A stretch of 64,000 nt of DNA from an uncultured delta proteobacterium (GCA_963736855.1 CAVTQK010000009.1:542285-606284); one strand, 5' to 3'; positions 1 to 12,500 are shown, numbered from the stretch's first letter. Numbers and translations: made by a program. The notes: generated from the letters alone by a model not told the origin.

Positions 1-2226
<2,226 letters not shown>

Positions 2227-2259
2227 TTCATCTTCCGGCAGGATTGTGACACCCCCTTT

Positions 2260-3072
2260 TTGAAAAGGATATTAAACCCCATGAAGATCCATCAGATACA
2301 GGCCAGAGATCTCCCGGATTTATGGTTCCAGGCCGTTCACGACATACTGGATGTCGGTCGACGATTTCAAATAGATCGGGGATCGTATGCCGGTCAGACT
2401 CGTCTGGAATACGACTATTTCATTGGTCATGTGAAATATCCCGGGACACAACCCTTGATTCCCGATATTCCACCCTCCTGCGGAATTCCAAATCCAGTGG
2501 AACACGATTATATTTATGGTGGACCGGGTTATGATCGGGCTTATATTGAATATCTCATGTCTCCCAGGAGAGAACATGGTGAATCGTACACCTATGGAGA
2601 ACGTTTGACCCGAGTGCCCATAACCGGAGAAAAATTAGCATGGTGGAAAGACAACCGAACCGAAATCGTCGATAAAAGAAACATCGACGGCAGGATCGTA
2701 TTTACGGAAGGGAAATCTTTATATTTCAACCAAATCGAGTGGGTGATCGACACTTACCGGCGTTTCGGAGAAAGAAACAATCAACTGGTCCTTCAAGTCG
2801 CACACCCTTCGGATCATACGCTGCTGGATCCTCCCTGTTTAAGACACATCGACACGCGGATTCAGGACGGTACCCTCTATTTCTTTGTGTATTTCCGATC
2901 CTGGGACCTGTGGAACGGGCTTCCGGCCAATATGGCTGCCATCCAGAACCTCAAGGAATATATGGCCGCGGAAATCGGCGTCAAAGACGGAGAAATAATC
3001 ATCGAAAGCAAGGGGTTGCACCTTTACGGCTATGCGGAAGAACTGGCCAGGCTCCGGTGTTTAAGGACTTAA
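2260..3072 (+). CDS. thymidylate synthase family protein, archaeal type (ThyA-like)
   Basis: 270-aa ORF. YTYGERL, NQIEWVI, PPCL (catalytic-Cys context), FRSWDLW..N and GLHLY match my recollection of Methanocaldococcus-type thymidylate synthases. Alternative ATG at 2281. Confidence 0.6.
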   Translation: MKRILNPMKIHQIQARDLPDLWFQAVHDILDVGRRFQIDRGSYAGQTRLEYDYFIGHVKYPGTQPLIPDIPPSCGIPNPVEHDYIYGGPGYDRAYIEYLMSPRREHGESYTYGERLTRVPITGEKLAWWKDNRTEIVDKRNIDGRIVFTEGKSLYFNQIEWVIDTYRRFGERNNQLVLQVAHPSDHTLLDPPCLRHIDTRIQDGTLYFFVYFRSWDLWNGLPANMAAIQNLKEYMAAEIGVKDGEIIIESKGLHLYGYAEELARLRCLRT

Positions 3073-3137
3073 TAGCTTCCCGTTTTCAAAACCTACGGTA
3101 CTCGAAGAAGATCAGCCAAAGGCAAACAGGTCGATCG

Positions 3138-3251
3138 ATGTGTTTGGAAAGGTGGACGGTGATTATCGATGGTTTGAAGGAATCCAAAGCGGCACCAACA
3201 TTCGCATCGAACCCATCAATACACAGACCGTGTGGTTATGATACCCCGTGA
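3138..3251 (+). CDS. candidate mini-ORF (37 aa from ATG 3138, or about 30 aa from GTG 3159) translationally coupled to the downstream radical SAM gene
   Basis: MCLERWTVIIDGLKESKAAPTFASNPSIHRPCGYDTP. GAAAGGTGG lies 3-6 nt before the in-frame GTG at 3159. Stop TGA 3249-3251 overlaps the rSAM GTG start at 3248 (GTGA overlap). No homology evidence. Confidence 0.25.
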   Translation: MCLERWTVIIDGLKESKAAPTFASNPSIHRPCGYDTP

Positions 3252-5123
3252 AACCTGAAATACACGGGCCATTCGGTGTGGTCCTCATCTCCGCCCCGTG
3301 GCCTCTTTACAATCGGCCGTCCATTCAGATCGGAACCCTTAAGGGTTACCTCAGATCCAGATTTCCGGATCTTTCGATACATGCCAACCATGCATACCTT
3401 CAAGTCGCTGAATCCAGTCGGATATCCGGTTTATCAGGCCATTTCAGAGCGGACATGGTTGGCAGAAGCCGTTTACGCCGCTCTGCTCTTTCCTGAAAAG
3501 AAAACCGAGGCTAATTGCCTTTTCCAACGTCACGCATCGGAAAAAACGGTTTTCAAGAAGATCGATTTTTTCAAACTCGTTGAAGAGGTCGGAACGATCA
3601 CGGAAAAAATCCTTTCCGGTATTTCCTTTCAAGAATTTCATCTGGCCGGAATCTCCGTCTGTCTGTGCCAGCTCAGTGCATCTTTGTATTTTGCCCGACA
3701 CATTAAAAGACAGGCGCCCAAGATCCGGATCGTCTTGGGGGGCTCATCTCTATCGGGTCTTTGCGGAGCGCCTCTTTTTCGCTTTTTTCCCGAGATCGAT
3801 TTCCTGGTCCACGGAGAAGGGGAGTTGCCCCTGAGTCACATCGTAGAACGCCTGATTCAAAGCAGAGAAGGACATCAACCCGTGCCTCCCATCAAGGGGG
3901 TATTTCAAAGGGAGAGGTTAAAACCAACTGAGGAGGTCGTGCTCGATCAAATTCCGAACCTGAGGAGCCTCCCGTCGCCGGACTATGACGACTATTTTGC
4001 GCTTCTCAAAGCGCTGCCCCCACAAAACCGCTTTTTCCCGACACTTCCCATTGAGGCTTCCCGGGGATGCTGGTGGCACCGGAAAACAATCAGTTCCCAT
4101 AGCCGGCGAAAAGGGTGTGCGTTTTGCAATTTGAACCTCCAGTGGCGCGGATATCGATGCAAGGACCCAGGCCAGGTCGCAAAGGAGGTGGATCATCTCA
4201 CTCGAAAGCACCGGGTCCTTTCTGTGGCTTTGACCGACAACATCATTCCTCCGAGACTCTCCGAGACTCTCTTTGAGGAACTGGCAGCACAGGGAAAGGA
4301 TTATCACCTCTTTTGCGAACTCCGTGCTGACACGCCGAAAGATCTTTTAGAGAGGATGCAAAGGGCCGGTGTCAAAGAAGTGCAAATCGGGATCGAAGCA
4401 CTGAGCACCCCGTTGCTTAACAGGTTGAACAAGGGAACCACCGCCCTTCAAAACCTGGAGATCATGAAACACTGCGAGGGGTTGGGCATGATCAACATTT
4501 CCAACCTGATCCTGTATTTTCCTGGAAGCGATGCGGCGGATGTTGAAGAGACGCTCCGACTCTTGGAATTTGCCAAGCCTTTTCGACCGTTGCGCACGAT
4601 TTCTTTCTGGCTGGGGAGGGGAAGTCCGGTTTGGGAGGATCCGGCCTCCTTCAGTATTCACGGGGTTTATAATCATCCCGACTACCAGAGATTATTTCCA
4701 AAGGCGATGGCAAAAGAAATCCCCATGATGGTACAGGCCTATCGAGGAGATCGAACTCATCAAAAGCGGTTATGGCGCCCTGTTAAAGAGAGCGTCAAAA
4801 AATGGAAAAAAGAGTATATGCGCCTTCATGAGGGTTCGGAGAAGGATCCGATACTAAGTTTTTCAGACGGCGGGAAATTCTTGATCATTCGGCAACGTCG
4901 ACCCGGTGTGTCGCCCTTGAATCATCGGTTGGAGGGCAGGTCCAGAGAAATTTATCTCTATTGTGATTCCGTGCGCAGCATTCAAGAAATTCTCATGCAT
5001 TTTGAAGGGCTCTCAAAGGAAAAGGTGATCCCTTTCTTAGAGTTGATGGTAGAAAAACGATTGATGGCCAATGAAGGTGGCCGGTATCTCAGCCTGGCGA
5101 TTTCAGAACGGATACGTCGTTGA
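3248..5123 (+). CDS. B12-binding domain / radical SAM protein (resembles RiPP-maturation rSAM methyltransferase-type enzymes); one frameshift near 3416
   Basis: The N-terminus VVLISAPWPLYNRPSIQIGTLKGYL (ORF 3248-3496) continues in ORF 3276-5123 as GYPVYQAISERTWLAEAVYAALL. The frames join at gaa tcc [a] gtc gga around 3416. Fe-S motif: GCWWH..(insert)..GCAFCNLN. Confidence 0.8.
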
Positions 5124-5145
5124 TTTTTTTAAAAGCGACAATCTT

Positions 5146-5336
5146 GATGGCTTCGTAAAAAGATTTTGTGAGCGCCATTCAAGTCTTTTCGGAAAAAGAG
5201 AGGCAAAAGGGTTGAGCGTTAAAAATCTCAAGCTGTTTGAGGAACTTATGCCGAGTTCTTGAGATTTAGCAAAACCCTTTGGATCTTCCGAAAAGACTTG
5301 CGGCGCGAGAAAAATCGACCTTTTTACGATTTCATC
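5146..5336 (-). mobile_element. MITE-like element, subtype B copy 1 (191 bp), flanked by 6-bp direct repeat AATCTT
   Basis: Reverse complement of 19785-19974. Ends are GATGGCTTCGTAAAAAG ... CTTTTTACGATTTCATC. AATCTT occurs at 5140-5145 and 5337-5342. Confidence 0.8.
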
Positions 5337-5378
5337 AATCTTGATGTGTGGTGGCCTTTCAAGATCGAACATTGATAT

Positions 5379-5407
5379 TTGACAGAAAGGGATTGCTTAT
5401 TTATGAT
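5379..5407 (+). promoter_or_regulatory. sigma70-like promoter candidate (TTGACA-17 nt-TATGAT)
   Basis: TTGACA at 5379-5384 and TATGAT at 5402-5407, about 57 nt upstream of the ATG at 5464. Confidence 0.45.
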
Positions 5408-5463
5408 AGAAATCAAGTTTCAAATAAAAGCTCAGATAGGTCATAAGGGGAATCTAAAGTTGA

Positions 5464-6393
5464 ATGGAGGAATCTATGTTTTCTAAGGTAATGATACGGA
5501 TACTGGGGATACTGATTTGTCTATTGATGGTTTCAACAGGCATCGGATATGCGGCAAAAAAAGGGATGCGCTATTCCATTATGGTGACCAAATTCGAAAA
5601 CCGTACCGGATGGCACGGACAATGGGACCTGGGAGACGCCTGGGGTGCCGTGTTGACGGACAGCCTGAATTCAGCCGGGAATTTCATCGTGTTGGGTGAA
5701 AAAGATATGCGGCAGGAGGCCATGGCCGAGCAGGATCTCTCGGCAAGCGGGAGGACCGCTGGCGGAGGCAAGCAGGTGGTCACGGGGCAGATGACCCCTG
5801 CGCAACTTCTCATCAAAGGGGATATCACCCACTTTGACGAAGGAACCAGCGGTGGGGGCGGCGGAATCGGTTTCGGCGGAATACGCGTCGGGGCCGGAGG
5901 CGGCACGTCTGAAATCAATGCGGTCATGTACATCATCGATTCGAGCACCGGCCAGGTTCTGGCATCGAAAAAATGTTACGGCAAGGTGACGAAAACCGGG
6001 CTTTCGGTGGGAATATCCAAAGGCGGCTTTTCCGGTGATGTGGGAGGGTTTAAGAAAACCAATGCCGGAAAAGCCATCGAACAGGCCGTCGATGAGGGCG
6101 TGTCATTCCTTACCTCAAAGCTGGAAGATATTCCCTGGACCGGCGACATCGTCATGGTAAAAGGAAAAAAAGCTTACATCAACAGGGGTTCCCGGGAGGG
6201 CGTCACCGAGGGGCAGGCATTCCGGGTGGGAAAGTTATCCACCATCCGGGATCCCAATACCGGCGAGGTCCTGGATCAGGAAGTGGAGGTCTCCGGAAAG
6301 ATCCAGACGGAGAATGTCAAAGAAAAGTTGAGCATCTGCAACATTACGGAAGGGACCGTTCAAAAAGGGATGACGGTGATGCTTCCGGAATAA
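5464..6393 (+). CDS. CsgG/HfaB-family periplasmic/outer-membrane protein with Gly-rich insert
   Basis: Signal peptide present. IMVTKFENRTGW...LGDAWGAVLTDSLNSAGNFIVLGEKDMRQEAMAEQDL fits the CsgG-like core. Gly-rich GTSGGGGGIGFGGIRVGAGGG. Confidence 0.6.
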   Translation: MEESMFSKVMIRILGILICLLMVSTGIGYAAKKGMRYSIMVTKFENRTGWHGQWDLGDAWGAVLTDSLNSAGNFIVLGEKDMRQEAMAEQDLSASGRTAGGGKQVVTGQMTPAQLLIKGDITHFDEGTSGGGGGIGFGGIRVGAGGGTSEINAVMYIIDSSTGQVLASKKCYGKVTKTGLSVGISKGGFSGDVGGFKKTNAGKAIEQAVDEGVSFLTSKLEDIPWTGDIVMVKGKKAYINRGSREGVTEGQAFRVGKLSTIRDPNTGEVLDQEVEVSGKIQTENVKEKLSICNITEGTVQKGMTVMLPE

Positions 6394-6428
6394 ACGCCGG
6401 ATCCTCCTGGTCCTGTTGAAGCACCCTA

Positions 6429-6821
6429 TTAGTAGTGGCCCGGAACCCAGTGCCCCTTTCGGTTATAATGGCCCGGCATCCACGCTTTGCCGGGAACTCT
6501 GTGGGGACGCCAGTAACCGTCCATCCATTTCCCCTTGGGGTCAAGGTAACCCGGCTCCCATACTTTTCCTGGAGGAGGTGGGCCGATCGGTTTCCAATAG
6601 CCGGGCACCCATGCTCCTTCAGGATTATGGTGTCCATCCACCCAGAGGAAGCCTTTCTTTTCCATAGGCCTGCAGAAACCATTGATCCATACCCCGTCTG
6701 GAGTGGTGTGAGATGGCACCCAGACATGCCCCGGATCACATGAATCTGCGAAAACCCCGGGGACATTGAGAAGGACAGCGACAAAGCCCAAAAAAACCAT
6801 CAACGAAATGCAATTTTTCAT
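6429..6821 (-). CDS. secreted WXXGXW (YXWGXW)-repeat protein
   Basis: 130 aa with signal peptide MKNCISLMVFLGFVAVLLNVPGVFA. About seven repeats of G-x-W-[VMI]-[PDN]-G-[HYF]-[WYH] (WVPGYW, WMDGYW, WMPGHY, WVPGHY). Confidence 0.65.
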   Translation of the reverse strand: MKNCISLMVFLGFVAVLLNVPGVFADSCDPGHVWVPSHTTPDGVWINGFCRPMEKKGFLWVDGHHNPEGAWVPGYWKPIGPPPPGKVWEPGYLDPKGKWMDGYWRPHRVPGKAWMPGHYNRKGHWVPGHY

Positions 6822-6945
6822 GGGAATCCTCCTTTTTCATGAAGGGTGACCCTAGAGGTAAGCAAGACCCCGCTAAAGCTTGACAACGATATAATATCCT
6901 TGCTCTGATGTCAAAGACAGTTCCAATAAAAAAACGGATATCCCC

Positions 6946-8421
6946 TTAAAGTTTAACGGTGATATAATATCCCTGGTCCCCCCGCTGTAACAGAATCACG
7001 ACAGACGGCTTCTGACGGTATTGGACGACGGCTTTTTTGAAATCGACTACATTGCGTACCGGAATCTCATCGATTTGCCGGATGACATCCCCTGGCTTCA
7101 CCCCGATTTGTGCCAGCTCGGATCGGGGATCGATCTGAGTGATCACAACCCCTTCGGGGATTCCGGCGTTTCCGGGTGTTTTTTGATGACGATCCGAATT
7201 TTTTACCTGGATTCCTAAAAGGCGTCTTCCCAGGGTTTCCGCAAGCTCCGGCGGGAAGGACCGGGTTGTCAAGTAAAGAACCTTTTCCTGGTTTTTCCTT
7301 AATATTCGAAGGGAAATGGTGTCCCCCACGGCCACTTGTTTTGCTGCCGCCAGGTAATCCTCGGTTGAAAGGACTTTCTGGTTTCCCACTGAAAGAAGGA
7401 CATCCCCGTTTTGAATGCCGACTTTTTCGGCCGGGCTTCCCGTCTCCACTGCCTTCACCAAAACCCCCCTGGTATTCGAAGACCCCAGGTAACGGGAAAT
7501 TCGCTCATCGATGTCCTGAACCACAATTCCGAACCATGAGGAGAGCACCTCCCCGTATCGGATGAGATCCTGGACGATCCTTATCGCCCGATGAATGGGA
7601 ATCGCAAAACCAATCCCCTGGGCCTTGGCATAAATGGCTGTATTGATCCCGATCAAATCTCCATGGATATTTAACAGGGGCCCCCCGCTGTTTCCTGGGT
7701 TGATGGAGGCGTCTGTTTGGATGAAATCCAGAAACACCCGCTCTTCGGTTCGGATACTCCGGTGTAAGGCGCTGATGACCCCCGTAGTGACCGTGTGGCT
7801 GAATCCGAAGGGATTCCCAATGGCGATTACCGTCTCGCCGATGAGCAGATCGTCGGAATTTCCCATCTCGACGGAAGGGAGTCTTTCACGGGAATCGACA
7901 CGCAAGACGGCCAGGTCGGAATCCGGATCCGAACCGATGATGGTGGCCTTGAATTCCCGCTCGTCCATCAGTGTAACCGATATGGTCCCGGTTCGCTCGA
8001 TCAAATGGGCATTGGTAAGAATGAATCCTCGTTTTCCGTCGATGATAACCCCGGAACCCAGGCTGGTACGCTTGTAGCGGCGCTCGAAACCGGGATCGAA
8101 AAAGTCCTTGAAAAAGGAATCGAAAAAAGGGTCCGTGGAAAATCCCGAGAACGGGCTGCGCCGGGATCGGACCTCGTACTCGGAATTGATGTTGACAACG
8201 GCCGGAGCCACCCGTTTGACCGCTCGAACAATGGGGGTCTCCCTTTCCGATGAGGCATTTGCCAGGGGAGAGGCAAAGAAGGCATAATACAGGGACAATG
8301 TGATGGAAAATAGAATGCGAGAAAAGATCACGCCGGTTTTTCTTTGGTAAAAAGGCTGTTTTTCATCTATAGAATTATTCAAAGGACCGAAAGTTTCCGG
8401 TCTTTTGAATACTCTGATCAA
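6946..8421 (-). CDS. HtrA/DegP-family periplasmic serine protease with two PDZ domains
   Basis: Catalytic triad contexts ILTNAH, DLAVL and GNSGGPLLN, followed by two PDZ-like regions. Confidence 0.92.
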   Translation of the reverse strand: MIRVFKRPETFGPLNNSIDEKQPFYQRKTGVIFSRILFSITLSLYYAFFASPLANASSERETPIVRAVKRVAPAVVNINSEYEVRSRRSPFSGFSTDPFFDSFFKDFFDPGFERRYKRTSLGSGVIIDGKRGFILTNAHLIERTGTISVTLMDEREFKATIIGSDPDSDLAVLRVDSRERLPSVEMGNSDDLLIGETVIAIGNPFGFSHTVTTGVISALHRSIRTEERVFLDFIQTDASINPGNSGGPLLNIHGDLIGINTAIYAKAQGIGFAIPIHRAIRIVQDLIRYGEVLSSWFGIVVQDIDERISRYLGSSNTRGVLVKAVETGSPAEKVGIQNGDVLLSVGNQKVLSTEDYLAAAKQVAVGDTISLRILRKNQEKVLYLTTRSFPPELAETLGRRLLGIQVKNSDRHQKTPGNAGIPEGVVITQIDPRSELAQIGVKPGDVIRQIDEIPVRNVVDFKKAVVQYRQKPSVVILLQRGDQGYYITVKL

Positions 8422-8437
8422 CTTAAAACCGGATACT

Positions 8438-10984
8438 ATGGACCAAATAAAAATTCAAGATCTCTTGCCATTTCTGGAACATCCCAGCCGCTACCTGGGA
8501 AGCGAGACCAACCGGTGTCGAAAGGATTTGAGCCATGTCCGACTGCGGATGGCACTGGCTTTCCCCGATTTCTATGAGATCGGCATGTCCCATTTCGGAA
8601 TACAAATCCTATATCACATCCTGAACAAAGACCCTAAGATATTTGCCGAGCGGGTTTTTGCGCCCGGCGAAGATTTAGTCGACCGCCTGAAGGTGGCCGG
8701 GTTGCCTCTTGTGACTCTGGAAACCCAAACCCCGCTGAATCAAATGGATATCGTGGGATTTAGCCTCCTTTATGAGCTGAACTTTACCAATGTGCTTTTC
8801 ATGCTGGATTTAGGAAAAATCTCCTTTTTCGCAAAAGAGCGGGGAGATAAGGATCCACTGGTGATTGCCGGAGGGCCTTGTATGTGTAACCCGGAGCCCG
8901 TGGCGGAGGTGTTTGATGCCATCGTCATCGGTGAGGCCGAAGAGGTGATCCGTAAAATGTCCCGGGCATGGCTCGATTGGAATGCAGAAGGAGACAGGCG
9001 ACGGAAAACCATTTTAAAAATGTGGTCCAAAATCGAAGGAGTATATATTCCTTCCTTTTACAAGCCGACATACGACGCAAAAGGGTTTCAGAAACTTGAA
9101 CTCCGATCCGAAAACGGCTCGACATCGGAAAAAATCGTTCGAAGGGCCGTGGTGTCGAGTTTGACCGAAGTCCCGTTCCCCTTCAATCCCGTCGTTCCTT
9201 TTGGAAAGCCCATTCATGATCGCCTTCGACTCGAGATCGCCAGGGGGTGCACTCGGGGATGCCGCTTTTGCCAGGCCGGCATCCTCTACCGGCCCGTTCG
9301 GGAACGATCTCCGGACGACCTCTTGAACATGGCGCAAAACAGCCTGGCAGCCACCGGTTATGATAATATTTCTCTGCTCTCCTTAAGTACCGGAGATTAC
9401 ACAGCGATCGAGTATCTTATGGAAAAGCTGATGGGCCGTTGTAAGGACCAGAAAGTGGCCATATCGCTTCCTTCCGTTCGGGCGGGCACCTTGACCCCGA
9501 AGTTGATGCAGCTCATACAAAAAGTGAGAAAAACCGGTTTTACCATCGCTCCGGAAGCCGGAAGTCAGCGGCTGAGGGATATTGTGAATAAAAACCTTAC
9601 AGACGCTGAGATTTTCGAAACGGTTCAAAACGCCTTTGAACTAGGGTGGCAGGTCATCAAGCTGTATTTTATGGTCGGACTACCTTTTGAAATCGATGCG
9701 GATATCGAGGCATTGGTCGATCTCGTTCATAAATTGAACAGTTCTGGAGTACGGAAAAAAGGGAAAGGAAAACTTCATGTGAGCGTGGCGACCTTTATCC
9801 CGAAACCGCACACCCCCTTCCAATGGGCACCCCAGATTCCCCTTGAAGCATCCCGGGAAAAAATCGTCTACTTGAAAAGGGTCCTTAACCGATCCGGTAT
9901 TCAGTTCAAATGGCAAAACCCGGAAGTCAGCCTCCTGGAGGGCCTGTGGGCCAGGGGAGATCGGAGGCTTTCCAGCCTCCTGGCTCGTGCCTATCAAAAA
10001 GGGTGCCGTTTCGATGCGTGGACCGATCGTTTTAAATTCGATCAATGGATGGCTTCCATTTCGGAGGTCGGCATCGATTTAGACTTTTTCACGACACGGC
10101 CCCGCAGTTTTTCCGAACCGCTTCCGTGGGACCCCTTCGATATCGGCGTAACCCGGGATTTCCTCCTGGCAGAATGGAAAAAGGCGGAAAAAGGGGAACC
10201 GACAGGCGATTGTCGGAAGGGCACATGTCAAGGGTGCGGAGTCTGTGACTTCAAGATCATCAAGCCGGAAATTTTTGAGCCCATTGAATCCGGGAACAAT
10301 CTTTTTCAGGGAGAAAAAAAGCTTCCGGCTCTCAAGGAAAAAGCTCCGGGTCAACCGTATCGAATCGATTATTCCAAACAGGGCCCGGCAAGATACTTCG
10401 GTCACCTGGAAATGGTGAAACTGATCCTACAGGGGATACGCCGTGCGGGTATCTCCATGATGTATTCCCAGGGATATCACCCCAAACCGAGAATTTCCTT
10501 CGGAGATCCCCTGCCGGTAGGGATGGAGAGCGAAGGAGAGGCATTCGATCTTTGGGTTACAGAAAGCATCTCTCCAAAAGGGCTCATGGATGCGTTGGAA
10601 AGGCAAATGCCGGAGGGTATCGAGATCAAGGGGTGTCAGCCGGTGTCGGCGAAAGCCGGGATCCACGCACCACCGGCTATCCGTTACCGTATTGTTTTCA
10701 AAAGGGGTGTTTTTAATGAAGGCGCCTTAGAAGCGTTCCAAAACGCCCAGAGGTTCTCCTGGGAACAGCCCGATCGAAAAGGTAGATTGAAAACCTATGA
10801 ATTAAAGGGTATGGTTCATCCCATAAAGCGGATTGCATCCAATTCGCTTGAAATTCAAATCGAAAACCGATCCGGAAAAACCTTACGACCCGACACATGG
10901 ATCCGCGCAGTTTTTGGACTTTCCGGTGAGGTTTTGAGGGGGGTACGGATCATCAAGCTCTACGATGGGAGCGATGATGTTTAA
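8438..10984 (+). CDS. B12-binding radical SAM protein fused to a DUF2344-type domain (TIGR03960/TIGR03936-like)
   Basis: ARGCTRGCRFCQAG radical SAM motif; long C-terminal extension. ATG 8438 is preferred over the ORF-track start 8405 because of the overlap with divergent htrA. Confidence 0.85.
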   Translation: MDQIKIQDLLPFLEHPSRYLGSETNRCRKDLSHVRLRMALAFPDFYEIGMSHFGIQILYHILNKDPKIFAERVFAPGEDLVDRLKVAGLPLVTLETQTPLNQMDIVGFSLLYELNFTNVLFMLDLGKISFFAKERGDKDPLVIAGGPCMCNPEPVAEVFDAIVIGEAEEVIRKMSRAWLDWNAEGDRRRKTILKMWSKIEGVYIPSFYKPTYDAKGFQKLELRSENGSTSEKIVRRAVVSSLTEVPFPFNPVVPFGKPIHDRLRLEIARGCTRGCRFCQAGILYRPVRERSPDDLLNMAQNSLAATGYDNISLLSLSTGDYTAIEYLMEKLMGRCKDQKVAISLPSVRAGTLTPKLMQLIQKVRKTGFTIAPEAGSQRLRDIVNKNLTDAEIFETVQNAFELGWQVIKLYFMVGLPFEIDADIEALVDLVHKLNSSGVRKKGKGKLHVSVATFIPKPHTPFQWAPQIPLEASREKIVYLKRVLNRSGIQFKWQNPEVSLLEGLWARGDRRLSSLLARAYQKGCRFDAWTDRFKFDQWMASISEVGIDLDFFTTRPRSFSEPLPWDPFDIGVTRDFLLAEWKKAEKGEPTGDCRKGTCQGCGVCDFKIIKPEIFEPIESGNNLFQGEKKLPALKEKAPGQPYRIDYSKQGPARYFGHLEMVKLILQGIRRAGISMMYSQGYHPKPRISFGDPLPVGMESEGEAFDLWVTESISPKGLMDALERQMPEGIEIKGCQPVSAKAGIHAPPAIRYRIVFKRGVFNEGALEAFQNAQRFSWEQPDRKGRLKTYELKGMVHPIKRIASNSLEIQIENRSGKTLRPDTWIRAVFGLSGEVLRGVRIIKLYDGSDDV

Positions 10985-12500
10985 AAAATTGATCGTCAGC
11001 GTGGCCGATTTCGAGACCCGGGTTGCACTCATGGAAGACGGCACCATTGCCGAGCTGTTCATTGAGCGCTGCGATGCCGGGGAGATCACGGGGAATGTCT
11101 ACAAGGGGAAGGTCCAGCGGGTTCTTCCCGGAATGCAGGCCGCTTTTGTGGATATCGGCATCGACCAGGCCGCCTTTATTTATGTAGATGACGTTCAGGA
11201 AGATACTCATGCGGAATTTGAGGCCCTCTTTTCTTCCGATGTCGAGGCAGAAGATCCGGTCCATGGGAACCTCGAACCCATAATCCAAAGGAGCATGCAT
11301 ATCGAAGATCTGTTGAACGAAGGTCAGGAGATCATGGTCCAAGTAGCCAAATCTCCCCTGGGAACCAAAGGGGCGCGGGTGACTTCCCGGATTTCCCTCC
11401 CCGGGCGGTTTCTGGTTCTCATGCCGAATGCCTCCCATATCGGAATTTCCAGACGCATCGAGGAAGAAGTTGAACGCACCCGGTTAAAAAATGTTATGGA
11501 ATCGCTCCGCAATGATGACTGCGGGTACATCGTCCGGACCGCTGCAGAGGGCGCAGATGCGGAAAAACTGGCGAACGAAATAGTTTTTTTAAAAAAGCTC
11601 TGGGAGAATATCCAAAAAAAATTCAAAACGTCCTCCACCCCCTTCATGCTCCATCAGGAATTAAACGTCATTCTTCGGGCGGTGCGGGATCTCATGACCC
11701 ACGAGGTGGAACGAGTGGTGGTGGATGACCGGCAGGCTTATCAGTCTGTCCTGTCGTTTCTGGAAATGTCGATGCCCGGATTAATCGGCGCCGTGGAGCT
11801 GTACGAAGGAGAAGAACCGATTTTCGATGCGTACAATCTGGAGGGCGATATTTCGAGGGCCCTGAAAAGAAAGGTATGGCTAAAATCCGGAGGATACATC
11901 GTCATCGAACACACGGAAGCCCTGGTGGCCATCGACGTCAACACCGGACGCTTTGTGGGGAAGCACAACCCGGAGGAGACCATCTTGAAGACCAACCTGG
12001 AGGCGGTCAAGGAGATCGCCTATCAAATCCGGCTCCGGGATCTAGGAGGGATCATCATTGTCGATTTTATCGACATGGAAAAAAAATCGCACCAGGAGAA
12101 GGTGTTTTTAGCGTTTCAAGACGCGTTGAAGAAGGACCGAAGCAGGACCCATGTTCTTCCCATATCGGACATGGGGCTGGTACAAATGACCCGGAAACGG
12201 ACTCGCAAGTCTCTCACGCACACCCTGTGCGAGCCGTGCCTGTACTGCGAAGGTGAAGGATATTTGCTTGCCAGATCCTCCATATGCTACACGATTTACC
12301 GCGAAATCCTCAAAGGATATCGGGATATCCTGGGGAGTCGGCTCATACTCAAAGTCAATAACGATATTGCCGAAATGCTTCATGGACAAGAAAATCGCCT
12401 CATCCGATCCCTTGAGGAGCGGTTGAAAAAAACCGTGGAAATTTATCCGGAGCCCCAATTCCACCTTGAAAAGTTTGATGTTCAGGAAGTCCTGGAGTGA
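10965..12500 (+). CDS. rng: ribonuclease G (Rne/Rng family)
   Basis: S1 domain GNVYKGKVQRVLPGMQAAFVDIG, catalytic core ...IDVNTGRFVG...IIIVDFIDM, and CxxC pair CEPCLYCEGEG. Confidence 0.9.
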   Translation: MGAMMFKKLIVSVADFETRVALMEDGTIAELFIERCDAGEITGNVYKGKVQRVLPGMQAAFVDIGIDQAAFIYVDDVQEDTHAEFEALFSSDVEAEDPVHGNLEPIIQRSMHIEDLLNEGQEIMVQVAKSPLGTKGARVTSRISLPGRFLVLMPNASHIGISRRIEEEVERTRLKNVMESLRNDDCGYIVRTAAEGADAEKLANEIVFLKKLWENIQKKFKTSSTPFMLHQELNVILRAVRDLMTHEVERVVVDDRQAYQSVLSFLEMSMPGLIGAVELYEGEEPIFDAYNLEGDISRALKRKVWLKSGGYIVIEHTEALVAIDVNTGRFVGKHNPEETILKTNLEAVKEIAYQIRLRDLGGIIIVDFIDMEKKSHQEKVFLAFQDALKKDRSRTHVLPISDMGLVQMTRKRTRKSLTHTLCEPCLYCEGEGYLLARSSICYTIYREILKGYRDILGSRLILKVNNDIAEMLHGQENRLIRSLEERLKKTVEIYPEPQFHLEKFDVQEVLE

